64,000 nt of DNA from Lophium mytilinum (lineage: Eukaryota): assembly GCA_010093605.1 (NCBI GenBank), contig MU004192.1, forward strand, positions 64,563 through 128,562, given 5' to 3'. The translations under genes and the position numbers were made by a program. Under the pieces are notes generated by a model. It did not search any database. It worked only from the letters and a program-made list of their open reading frames with translations, and was not told where the DNA came from. Shown piece after piece: positions 50,542-62,350 of this stretch. Each line of letters begins with the position of its first letter. Within the stretch, counting starts at the first letter, position 1.

Positions 50542-53500
50542 TATTGCTATTGCTCCCAACACTGCCACCCCTCGCACGTAAAGTAGACACTACTCCCCTG
50601 GTGCTCCAGGTAATCATTTGCATGCAAACCTAAACGGCTTTGCGTCTCGAAGACGCAGCAACTAGGCTCATCTACTACACTTCCTATCAAACTACACGTT
50701 TCTATTCCCATGAAAATTTCGTGGATCTAGCAGGGTTCGGGTATCTCGAAGCTATTTCGAGGGCTCAGTCAGGCTTTAGTGCATTCCAGACTCAGCACCT
50801 GGAGCGCTTTGAAAGTGCGGAGACTTGTCGTTTCCCATCGGTTATGGCAAAGTAGATTTTGGTACCATTTCTAAAAGTAGGAGGGTTGGAGGCGTCGAGA
50901 TTCCCGCGGGGACTTGGAAGCCTCCAGTATTAACAAGATTCAATAATCTTAGGCAGCCGAGCGGTAGTGGGCGGAGCGGGAGCATCGAGACCTGAAGGAG
51001 TTGGGGTGGAGATGGTGGATTGCGTTCATTGAAAAGACTGGTGTCGGTTGATGGTGTGGGAGTTACGCAGAGCATTTCCCGATCACCAGAGAAGATCCCG
51101 CAGGGCAGATCATTTGTATCGTTGTGCTCGTTTACTTTTCGTTCGCTTCCCCTTTTGTCGCCGAGTGTCGCTGCGTTGAGCTGTGGACGGTGTTCCTTTT
51201 TTATGAGGGTTGCCGGGGACTAATTTAAGATGGTGGGGTTGGTGATAGTGAGAGAGGGAGCTTACAGCACGCTGCTCCGGTGGCTTCAGGGATGAAAGCC
51301 TTGCGATTGGAAACTCCTGTTACATATCTACTCACCTTCCGCAAGCCTACGGTTTCTTCGTGTAGAACCTTCAGTCCGATCTTATGCTAGTATTTGGGCT
51401 AGCATCGAAGGTGTTCTAAGAATCGAGTCAAACGTCGTGGGAACTGTTCATATGATGTCACTTTGAGTTCAGGATAATGCGCTGTGGAAGCTGGTAGGCA
51501 ACAAGAGACTGAAGCAAGGAAATGAGGAAGTATAGAATTGGAGAAAGAGATGCTAATAAGAAGAGATTCAAGCCGTTTGCAGAGAGTAAGTGTCGGGCCT
51601 GTGTCTGGCTGCATTGAGTGAATGGAGCCTAGTCCAAGCGCCTGGCAAGCAAGTAAACAGGCTCTTACGTAAACGCTTCTGGGGGTATATATTTTACTTA
51701 GTTTTCTTGAACCGCCATGTACACTATGGGTACCGCCCTCATGGTCCTGCATATATACCCACCAACCAAATAAACCAAATCATTACTATCTCTGTCTGAA
51801 AGACCTACTAGTTCTACACGGGTTCGAGTCGCGATCAGGCTGAAGAAAAACCAATCTAATTGGCGTTTCTTTTGGCATTTTGCTAGGGGCCATTCACCCA
51901 CGTGACCGCGCTCACATGTCTGTTTTTGCTTGGTCGACTGGACAATGTGTGTCGCTTCTCAATCGTTTCGCAGGCTTATCCGTCTCTTGAGGGACAACTA
52001 TGAAACGTCAATCAAAACCACGCTCACACAGCAACGTATTGAGAGCCGACCACCCAACCCTGAAAAAGCTCAATCAACAACGACTGGAGTCCCCAAACTC
52101 ACAAAGAATTGCAAACCAGCCCAACCCAGCTGTCAGAAACCCAGTGGTATATCAACTCGAAACCACGTATCGCGACAGACTTACGTCGCCGACACTCACT
52201 GCCTCTCCCTCCAATCTCGCCCACCTCAAACAAGCCCAACCCAGCCGGCAGAATCCCCAAGAATCCCGCCACCATGGCGCTCAGAAACCGTGCCTCCGGA
52301 GAAAAGTCACGTCCTCACAGCTTACCACGACGTTTCCTCTGCCCACAAGCAAGCCAACCCCAACCGGCAAAAAACCCATCCTGGCCCCCATCTCCATCCT
52401 GCGGACTCCCCACCAGCATAACCCCCGCGCTGATCCACCTCTTGCGCCACTCACCACGGCCCTCGATTGCGCCTTGCGCGCGCGATTCGACTCAGCCTCG
52501 TCCCAGGATTGCCACGTTTCAACTATTCCACTCTAGAATCCCACGTTTCACACCCCTTCCCGAAATAGTCCTCGGAGAATATCCACCTGCCCGGTTGATG
52601 GATCGCGGTCCCAATCGCCCAGGATCCGATAAGAGTACATACAGTACGTACTGTAGTAGCATCCCTCCGTCTTAACAGGAATTGCGGAGCAGCAAGGCTG
52701 AGCCCCTAGAGCGCCCCTCCGCGCGAAGGAACGCAGAGCACACGTCGCCGACGTTCCACCAGCATTACCCCAGCCTGTCAGGCCTACCATGTTTCAAAAA
52801 GCCGATGACGCGCTGAGACATGTGGTGTGGTACGCTGAGTAGCGGGATTGAAATAGATTAGAAAGGAGCGGGCAGGAAGATGCTATGTATCTGACGAAGG
52901 AAATAGAATATGTGTATGCTCCACTCTCTTGCGATATTTGACCGCCGCAGATGTCGTATGCCGACCACGTGGGAAACGAGTAAGTAGTAGTACACGAATG
53001 CCCCGAGTCGATAGGGGGCCTTGGCTTTGGGCTAGCTGGCCGGCAGAATCAGAGTCATGGCGCTCATTCCAGAAGGCTTCGTAGAAGTATCCTGAGTCGT
53101 TAGCCAGCCATCCTAAAACGAATCCGTGCAAACATCATTCGACCAACCTTCTAGAAAGCCGTCTAAGACGAAAACACGATAACGGCGGACTAATTCCAGT
53201 GTCATGATGCCAAACCCACCAAATCTCCGCTTCGTTCCATCCTCGGTGATCGCAATGAATTAGAGAAACGAAGTCATGAGATCGGCACGGCGGGCTGAAG
53301 GTGGTCATGAATCTGACTTTTTTGCCTTGCCCCGCCCCGCTGGCGACATCGTCAAACGTCAGAAAAGATACCCATACCAGATCGGCAGTATCGGATCCTC
53401 CTGCCCCTATTCCGGAGCGACGTCGGCGCTTCATGCACCACCAAACCTTGCATCTCATCCCCCATCCCAAAAGGACCCACCAGCAGTGCCACCCCCCACC

Positions 53501-54560
53501 TGCCACACTCGCCACTTCAAACCGCTTGCCACATGGCAAAAACTGCCATGCCCACGTCAGGCATGTCCACCCACTCACCGCACTCTCTCCACACCTGAGA
53601 ACGAAATCCTGGGGTCATGTTTCAGAACGCCAGCCTTGCAAGGCGTGCACGCAATCCGATTGCTCGGAGCTGCTTCCGCGGTAGCGGACGCCCTGTCAGA
53701 TGACAGTGCAGGGCCTCATTGGCTTTCGGATATCGGGGTCACATGGGGCTCTGCGCCATCTTGCCTGCAGAGGATGAACTCCAATGACAACGCAGTAGAA
53801 AGTGTGAAATGCGGTCATCATGGTATGATATGCTACATACATGGAAACAATCACATCGGTACCTTTTTAAAGTTCAGCCTCACACAAGTAGTAAAAAGTG
53901 ATGATGATGAGATGATGTGATGTGAGTGTGATTGTGATATATAGCTTTCGAAATACGGGAAATGTGACACGTAGTCTTCTATGTTTGGATATCGCGAAAT
54001 AAAGTTTCCCAGTAGTTTCCCATTCCCGTTCCCTTTCGCAAGGTATTTGGTATTTCCCTTAATGCTCGTCCTTTTTCTTCTCCCAGCGCCTAGCAAATAA
54101 GCAACGCGTAAAAATTAAAAATGTCCCAAAACTTAGAAGAAATCCAATCCTGCTACAGCAAAACCACCTAACTCAGTCAGACGACAGAGAGGAGGAAGTA
54201 AAAAGAAAAACAACTAAACTCCCAACATGGAAATGAGACTCGTGAGATCCCTCATGGACTGCGCCAAAGCTATGCATGCAATGTGATTAAAAAAGTGATG
54301 TGGAGGTGTGACCAAGAAAAAAGCGAGAAAAAGAAAACCCATCGCAGAACTCCAAATGTTCCCGTGGCCCATCTAGCTACTTTTTTTGCTCCGACACCGG
54401 ACCCTAGGATAATTGAAGGAAAAGAAAAGAAAACGGTCGTAGGAGACCTCCGTCGCCGGCGTTTGAGGTCTAGATTGGGTGGAGGTTGGAAGCGGATCCG
54501 AGGTGGATACGACTGATTGCATGATCAGGAGCGTGGAAGCACGACAGTGGCCGAGCCATG

Positions 54561-56545
54561 TCATAAGCCACAGTTTCTCTCCAGATCCATGGCCTTGACT
54601 GCTTCAGCCTCCGTCTGCTCCTCCTCCTCACCAGTGAGCGTGATCACGCTCTCCATGTCCTCGTCATCATCATCATCCTCGTCGGAGTCCACAAGCGTCG
54701 ACAATGCTGCCTCGTCATCCGTGTCATCTTCGAGGGCACGCGCCATGGCGCTCTTGCGCTCTTCCTTCATCATCGCACTGGGTACGCATGCGACGAGTGC
54801 CACGCTGGCGCACATCCACCACGCGAGGCCGGAATAGCCTATTGTTTGGCCCGTGCTCTGGATCATACCCGAAAGAGTGGGACCAAAACCCCTGCAGACA
54901 CTGGCGGAGGAGGCAGCTGCGCCATTGAGCGTGCCCAAGACTTTCCAGGCGAGGATAGCAAAGACACCTGGGAGGCGAAAACTATGCGGGAGAAGAATCA
55001 AGTAGGGTGTGATGACGTAGAGAAGAGGATAGGTGAAAATCCCGAGCCAGAAGGTGCGGAGGGTCCCGAGACGGAGATTGATCCAAGGGAAGACGATGAG
55101 TTGAGCAAACATTTGGTAGATTCCCTGAACAGATAGAATCATGCCGATCGTCTTGGTGGACAAAGCGAAGCCGCCCTCAAATTTGAGTGGTAGCTGCGGT
55201 GGGACATCGGATTCAGGAAGAGACATGAGGATCGGCATCAACTGCTCGAACGAGACTGTGTGACTGTATGACAATTAGCCAAGAAGTGCGATGAGCGCTG
55301 GGTGCACCTACAACGCGAGGAAGCCGTAACCGATAATTGTCAAGCAGACCTGCCGGCTGAAAGCGTTGCGCCAGCTGGGTTGCTGGACTTGCAGCTTTTC
55401 GGCTGCGCCAATAGAGTATAGCGGAGGTTCCGCGAGGGAGGTTCTAGAGCTACACAGCGTAGGTGAGCTTCCAGGGCTGTGGAACGCAGCCAAGTTGTCT
55501 TCGTTTAGCATCGACCGTGTCTCCTCGAAGTTGGCATCCTTGTCGCTCAAGGGCTCTTCCCCGCCGTTCTTCCGGATCTTCCGTAGTAGCCACCTGCCCG
55601 CCTCAAGCCCGCGGTCTCGCTCATGTTTGATGTCTTCGTGTGTCTCTTCCAAAAAGAGGAATCCCACGACTAGCGCGAAAGCCACTACGAATGTGCAGAC
55701 CAAGTTCGGGAGAAGGTATGGGTAGGAGTCGAAGATTGAGCCAGGAGAGAATATTGAGGGGTAGTTCTTGACAGGCTCCGTAAGCAGTCCGCCAAGCCCG
55801 GATCCAAAGATGGTGCTGAAGAGGATTAGTCTGCGGTCTGGATAAGGCTGTGGTGTTGCATACCCAAGACACCAGATTGATGGCATAATAGAAAACGCGC
55901 GGGCTGTTTGCACATTTATTAGGCGATTTCCTGCGGATTCAGAGCGGAGATCTTACGTCGGTGTTTTTCGTCAGTGACCAGCTCTGCGACTGTGGTTTGT
56001 AGTACTGCAACGTTCCTGTGACGTGTGAGTGGTCGCTCGCTAATCGCTGCGAGGATCATCACGTACCCGTTCAACAATCCACCCATTGCGCGCGCGAACA
56101 GCGCCATTGGCAAACTCTTTGCAAAACCGAAGAGACACATGCTCAAGCCAGTGCCAAACAGACCTCCGAGGAAACAACTCTTGCGCCCAATCTTATCACT
56201 CAGACGCCCCCAAAGCATGCTCGATGCACACTCGGCAAAGGCAAAGGCGGAGGTGACCATGCCAACGTACATGGCGACTTGCGCCTTGTCTTCGGTGACG
56301 TGGAACGACTGGACCATGTAGTAGGCGTAGGGGAAGATGGAGGTGAAGGCGATTGGCTCGCATATGCGGCATAGTGCTGTTGAAGTAAGTCATTTGAACA
56401 CTTAAAGGTGCAGTACAGCAGGCAATGCTGTAATTGAATGGGAATGGCGGGGCAGCATACCCAATATGGCCATCTGCTGGGTGGGAAAGGGCGTCTTGTC
56501 CCTCATTATGGTGGCGGCCCCGCGCTTGCGAGCCAGAGAAGGCAT
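54561..56545 (-). CDS. MFS transporter (YCR023C/ZIFL-like), acidic C-terminal tail, apparent internal in-frame deletion
   Basis: FPTQQMAIL/LCRICEPIAFTSIFPY, WGRLSDKIGRK, GGLLNG/NVAVLQTTVAEL, YPYLLPNL, LEETH, GTLNGAAASSASVCRGFGP; multi-exon. Confidence 0.9.
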
Positions 56546-58642
56546 GGTGTATGGAGGAAGAAGAGCAGACGGAATGGTGTCAGTCAACTCGGTCAGTGAC
56601 GAGTTCGTAGAGGGCGGCGGCGGTCAGGTTTAGTATGAGAGCAGGAGGATTCGAGCCACTTTTCATAGGGCGGTCAGGGGAGGCTTGTTTGATATTAACG
56701 TGGGCGTCACTCGAAATAAAAGTAAGGCAAGATTTCAGTGGCGCTCTGGAGGCGGTAGGCCTTGCTCCGGCGGACAAGGATGATGGCAGCGGGGAGGAGG
56801 CGGAGAATAGCGGCGACGATTGCTGTGGATAGTCGGCACGGCAGCACACTGACGGGCGTCGACAGGGCGGACGGTCAGGCATTTTGAGCACATTGGGGCG
56901 GGTGGGCTGCTTCTGGCGGAGCAATTGACTGTGCGATGTGATAGGCGCGTTGGCAGGGCGGGCAGCGGGCAGCTGGCAGACAGGCAGACAGGCCGTGACT
57001 CCACGATGGGGCTTTTCCAAGGTTGGTGACCAGCACAGGCATGCATTTCCCCCCTGAGGTTGGGCACGGCCGGGCGTTTGGTGGTACAGAATCTCGCGGC
57101 GTCGCTGGCGGGGCACGACGGGGCCCGTGGCAGTGGGAAGCTAGCCGGCGCAAAACAGGCAAGGCTTTGGAGCTTGAGCGGCAGCGGAGGAGGAGGACAG
57201 GAGGACGGAAGGGGTGGGATGTGCTCGGCGTGCCTGTGGATTCTGCCCACTAGAGGCCACATGTTTTGCCCGTGTGGTGCCCATGACGGCCGCCAGCCCA
57301 GACGTCGATGAACACGACCCGGCAAACCCTCGCGGGCTGCGCTAGCCCGCGCTAACCACTGCTTCCGGCTCCCCGGGTTTGGCTCAGGACCGCGGCCAGT
57401 GCGCATCCACTTTGATCCTCTCCCTGCGCAGTGATCTGCTGTGCGTCCCACCCAGATTCCACGCCCCCCCTCCCCCCTGGGTCCTGCTGCTGGCAAGGCG
57501 AACCCGACATCCATCACCACCATCCGGCCCAGAAGCTGCTCGGCCTCTTGCCCGCCAGCCGCAGCCGCACGGCTTCAAAACCACTTCCCCGCCGACCGCG
57601 AGCGCAACGACTGCTTCTTGCTTCTTTGCACCAGGCTCAGGGGCGCCAGGGGCAGCGAGCATCGAGATGCTTCCGTGTGCTGGCGGCGAGTCAGAACCTC
57701 GTGCTGGGGCAAATTGGAGCGCGATCAGCTGCGCGCACGAATAGCAGCTTCGGGAGCCGCGATAGTCCCGGGCGCATCAAATGGCGGTGAATTGCGGGCG
57801 TCGCCAGCAGAGGCCCGTACAAAGGCCTCGTTCCCCCCGGCTCCCGGCAAGACGTCGCAGTGATTGGCACTGCCAGCGCGGGCTCAGCACAACGTCGCGG
57901 TGCCGCCTTTGCGGGCGGCCTGAGGATGCGATGGATGTGGCCAGCGCGGTGGGCCTCGGGAGGATGCCATGGATGCCAGCAGCTGGGCGTGACGACGGCG
58001 ATGATGCAACTGTCTGATCCGACAGCCCTGTCACTCCTGGCGGGAGTGGACGCGTTGCCTCAACACCACGGAGCCGTGTCGCGGACGGGTCCACTGCGAC
58101 TCAATGGCGAGGCGTGAGAGGCCGTGCTGGCACCATGAATGGAGGCCGGCAGCCCGGATGTGCGCGCAAACCGTCATCAGCTGACTCTTTCTACTGGTGC
58201 GTGGTTGAACGGAGCGTGGGTCCGGGAGAGCTTCCGTCGCATGTCGAGCGAGTCGTAGACGCCGTCTTCGGGTTGCCGACGCTGGCCATGCAGCGGACCC
58301 AACGGCCGTGGCATGGCCACAGCATGTGTGATGTCTGGTGCGTGAACCCTGTTCCCTACCCTCGAGGGCGGTGAAGGCTGATTTAGGGCTGGGGGCTGCC
58401 AATTGGCCCAAGTGGCTTGCATATTCCCACGCGAGATTGACACGATGGACAGGGGCAAGCTGCACGTTGAGACGACCGGCCTTCGTAAGCGCCTTCAAGT
58501 GCCGCGCAGCATCGGGCTCCTGAACGTTGATTGCTGCGCTGCCAGCGACGACGCTGCCAGTGGTAGCGCCCCGACCATGCCCTGCGAGCCGGCACCACCG
58601 TTGAGACCAGCGTCCGGGGCTCCTGGCAAGTGGACTCCAGGG

Positions 58643-59354
58643 GGGCTACAGTTTGGATTGCCTGTATCTTGGCGGCAAACGTTCTACGATGCCTGAAAAC
58701 GCCACGCAGACGCTAGAGGCGTCGAGCGATGCCAAATTCAGTGTAGACCACTGCAAATCAGCACCACACCCCGGCCCTCAGCGTGCACAACTCAGCAGGG
58801 CTGCTCAGCCATCACGTGATAGCCGAAAGCACCCGCCAGCGACACGCCGCTTGGGAATTCCACCTTGCAGCAGCTGGTTTCCCCGGTCGCATGTCCTCTA
58901 TATGTGCCTGTGAGGTGTGTAAGAGGGAGAGAAGAGGGCGGGGGGAGGGTAGAAGATAAAGGGGAGGCGTGCACGTGCATGGCACGTGCTGAGTTGGCCG
59001 AGCAACCACCAGATAACATAATACTCAGCCGCCCCCCAACCCTCTTCTCTCCCTCTTGCACACCTTACACCTTACAACTTGCGCAACCGAAATGAAGCAC
59101 AGCCTCACTAAGAACGTTTATAACTGTGTCGCTGGCGAGTGCTTTTAACCTTCACACCTAATTTCTCTAGGTCACGTGAGCGTTAGCCCTGCGCACGCCG
59201 TGTGAGTTGTGCATGCCAGAGAGCGTTGCATAGACATGGGTGCTCGAAGCTACAGCCATTTCTGGCCTGAAGCGAGAGCGCTAATGTCCGGGTGGCGTTT
59301 GTAGGCATCGTGAAACGTTTGCCGCCAAGATACAGGCAATCCAAACTGTAGCCC
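58643..59354. mobile_element. Non-autonomous foldback/MITE element, Mutator-like, 712 bp, with 9-bp TSD
   Basis: 41-bp perfect TIR GGGCTACAGTTTGGATTGCCTGTATCTTGGCGGCAAACGTT at 58643-58683, reverse complement at 59314-59354; direct repeat ACTCCAGGG at 58634-58642 and 59355-59363; further internal inverted blocks; no transposase ORF. Confidence 0.88.
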
Positions 59355-60461
59355 ACTCCAGGGGCTCCAAGGGCTCCAAGGGCTCCAAGGCCTCTCGAAG
59401 CGGCCAGGCGAAACAATGGCCCGCGTCGTGAATTGAGCAGGTGACCTGTCGCTGTCCCGGGATCGTGGGTCAGATTTCTCCGATTGATCTCCTCCCACAC
59501 TCCAATTCAGACGTCACCCTAGCCCAGCCGCGACCCACAGCCTGCGCAGTCTGGCAGCAGTGCACACAAAAATGCTGCTGACCGCCACTGCAGTTGCCTT
59601 GGGCTACTGTGGGCATCCGTTGCCCGACGCTGCGAGGTCGTGAGAGGCAGTGGTGCCAGCTCACATTCACTGTGACACAACGTCTCTTGGGTCCGCCTGC
59701 TGCTGTTGTGACACCGTCCGGGTCCTGTTCGAGCCCGAGACACAGGACGCCCGCCGTTTACGGTGTGAGAAACGTTCCAATGGACCGCCCGCATGCTGCC
59801 CGCCGTCCGCGCCGTTATCGCTCCCAGTCCAGCGGCCGCTGTGCAACTGGACCGAGCCCAAGTGGATGGCAGCAGGCTCGATATAAATTGGCGAATGCTC
59901 GTGTGCCCGACTTCTCTGGCTTCTCCCGCGCTTCGATGACTGGACTGTCGCATTCTCACACCTCGCTCCACTTCCTTGGGACGGCCGGTGAAGCCGGGCG
60001 TACAGAGTGCAGCGCCTGCACCTCAGTCAGGCTGCCCATGAGCCCTTTGCGCGAGCCCATCTGACTGCTCTGGCGCGCTGTCGGATTCTTCTCCGAGCCC
60101 GCAGTGTCGTGGTCCCAATCGAGAGCTGGCATGTCTTCCCGTGGCCCTACGAGTTATTGAATCTGACTTAACGCGTAACGCTGCATCGCCCGCAACAATC
60201 TCGAGCTTACCACAAGGCCGCTGCTGCCCGTCGCTGCCCGATCTGCGATGCCACAAATCAGACTGTGTGTTTCTTGTTGAACGAGGACCAGAGATGACGC
60301 CATCAGGGTGCTCACTGTGCGAGCGATCGTGAGACTTTTGGTGTTTTATGGGGACGAGCATCGCCTACTCTTAGCGGCCAATCATCGCCTCGCCCGCCGG
60401 CTAGCGCTTGCTCAAACCCTCCGCTGGACATCGTGAAAGTGGACCATCGCGACTCAACGAT

Positions 60462-61678
60462 ATGTCTGTACCCGACTCCCACCCGGCACTCCTGTCATTC
60501 TGGAAGCAAAACTTGCTGGTTGAGTTGTAAGTTAGTCCCATTCGTGGGGCGCTGGCTCTAAATGTGCCCAGTTCCAAGCTACGCGTAGCTCGTCTGGACG
60601 GCATTTTCGTGAGCATCACGCCAGGCGATCCCGCGCTCTGGGTAGGCGTCATATTCGTTCGGAAAGGTATCTATCCTTGTGCGCTGTGCAGCTCTCCGAG
60701 TGCAAAATTCTCAGCACCAATCCACCATTTCGGAGCCTGTCCGAGAAATCTGCAGCACCCACGCTCTCAGACCAAGTCAGCTAACGATCTCTTCACGCAG
60801 GGCCGTACTCGCCAGCTGTTCTGCGGTTCCAGATCTCGTTTCCCCCCACGTATCCTGCATTGCCCCCGCTAGTGACGTTCTCGACCGATGTTTTCCACCC
60901 TCTCTTGACCCCGTTGACCACCTACACCTACACAACTGGATCGTCAGAGACCGACACCGTAAGCGCGACCGACGAGGAGAGACTGCCCCCCGGCGGCTTC
61001 AGCCTACGCCATGGCTTCTCGCACTGGTTTGGGCGGGCGCGGAGGAGTGCAGCTAGTTCGCGGAACGTCAGTGGGTCTGGCGTGGGGACCACTTCGCGGA
61101 GCGAAACACCAGTCGTGAGCGAGTCAAAGGGTGATAACGCGGTCGCAGGAGGCTCGTCCCTGTCGGTGGCACCTCGCGGAGGGGTGCCCGTAGCTGCAAT
61201 TCTACGATACGTCCAGTCGACGTTCAGCGATGAGGCGATATTGGATTCCATCCCACTGGAAGCTGCCGCAAACCCAGGCGCATACCATGCTTGGCGGACG
61301 TACCGAGCGGAGGCCTTGCACTCAAACATCACGCCACCGCCGACGTCCCCATCTGCAGAGTCCCATACCAGTAGCGTTGGAAGCGGTGGGCGGTCGGGGG
61401 ACGCGGCAGGTGCGGCTCGAGCACGGCGGCCCGGGGAGTGGAACTGGGAGGGCGTCTGGGAGGAGCGTGTGAGAAAGGCGGTCAGAGCAAGCCTGTCTGA
61501 ACCCGTCCTTTACGGAGGCCTGGGCGGAGGCGAAGACATGGTACGACAGATCTCGATTCCGTGACTTTTCGCAGTGGACTGATGTCGACAGATTCGCTTT
61601 CTGGACGCAGATGATGAGAGCATCACGAAGATGACGAAGCAAATGCAGGCACTCGTTGCGGTCTCGGGTGAGACCTGA
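60462..61678 (+). CDS. Ubiquitin-conjugating-enzyme variant (UEV; AKTIP/FTS-like)
   Basis: KQNLLVE/FSKL, GIFVSITPGDPALWVGVIFVRK/GPYSPAVLRFQISFPPTYPALPPLVTFSTDVFHPL (UBC fold, no evident catalytic Cys), AANPGAYHAW, PGEWNWEGVWEERV; three introns. Confidence 0.85.
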
Positions 61679-61897
61679 AACAGCTTGAACCCTAGCTTAC
61701 CCAGTAGCCACTAATACTGACGTTGAATGAATACAAGATTGACCATGGTGATTGCTAATGAGTTAGAGAAAGAGTAGACGTGCTTCTGGTGAGGCCGTTG
61801 AGTGTAGTGAATAAAGATGTAGATTTAGGTGGTTGAGAACTTCCCAACGTCAAGATTGAGCCAGGACTCAACTGCGGCAAGAGCCGTAGCTTCCACA

Positions 61898-62314
61898 ATG
61901 GGCAGCCATCACTTTCCAGTCCCAGAGCCTCCTGATAAACAATCCCAGCTGCCATTTGTCCCATCCTTTGGTTTCACCCAACAGACGACAGCAAGCTTCG
62001 ATATCAGACCTCGTGCTCCCATTGCTGAGCATCCATCGGCCATGAACCCGCTCGCGCTTTCGACCCCCCAAGACGACAAAAGTCCAGCTCTACTTTTTCT
62101 GTCCGTTGCGCTGTTCGTATTCCTCCTCTGCTGCTCTGTTTTCATTGCCATAAAGCTGCACGCCCTCAAGAGCCAGACTTCACGGCACTCCTCTCCCGAC
62201 ACGCTTCGAGCCGGGAATCCTCCGGGCTTCCCACCCACGTCAAGCCGCCGTTCGTCTGATAGCTGGACGGATACGTCGTCCTCAGTTGGTCAAGAAGCTG
62301 CCTTATTTGACTAG
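61898..62314 (+). CDS. Possible small single-pass membrane protein or uORF
   Basis: Open frame with ATGs at 61898 and 62042 and one strongly hydrophobic segment ALLFLSVALFVFLLCCSVFIAI; stop lies 36 bp before the next ATG. Confidence 0.3.
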   Translation: MGSHHFPVPEPPDKQSQLPFVPSFGFTQQTTASFDIRPRAPIAEHPSAMNPLALSTPQDDKSPALLFLSVALFVFLLCCSVFIAIKLHALKSQTSRHSSPDTLRAGNPPGFPPTSSRRSSDSWTDTSSSVGQEAALFD

Positions 62315-62350
62315 GCCCGAAACGGCTAGTCTCCGCTCGCACGACCAATC

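Noticed and set aside
51930..53920. Overlapping Pro/Gln/His-rich ORFs in several frames
   Set aside because: Explained by C/A strand skew; no recognisable domain or consistent exon structure.
56600..60400. Many overlapping 60-260 aa ORFs on both strands
   Set aside because: GC-rich intergenic DNA with few stops; Arg/Pro/Ala-rich translations with no motifs. The duplicated peptide LDCLYLGGKR is just the TIR read on both strands.
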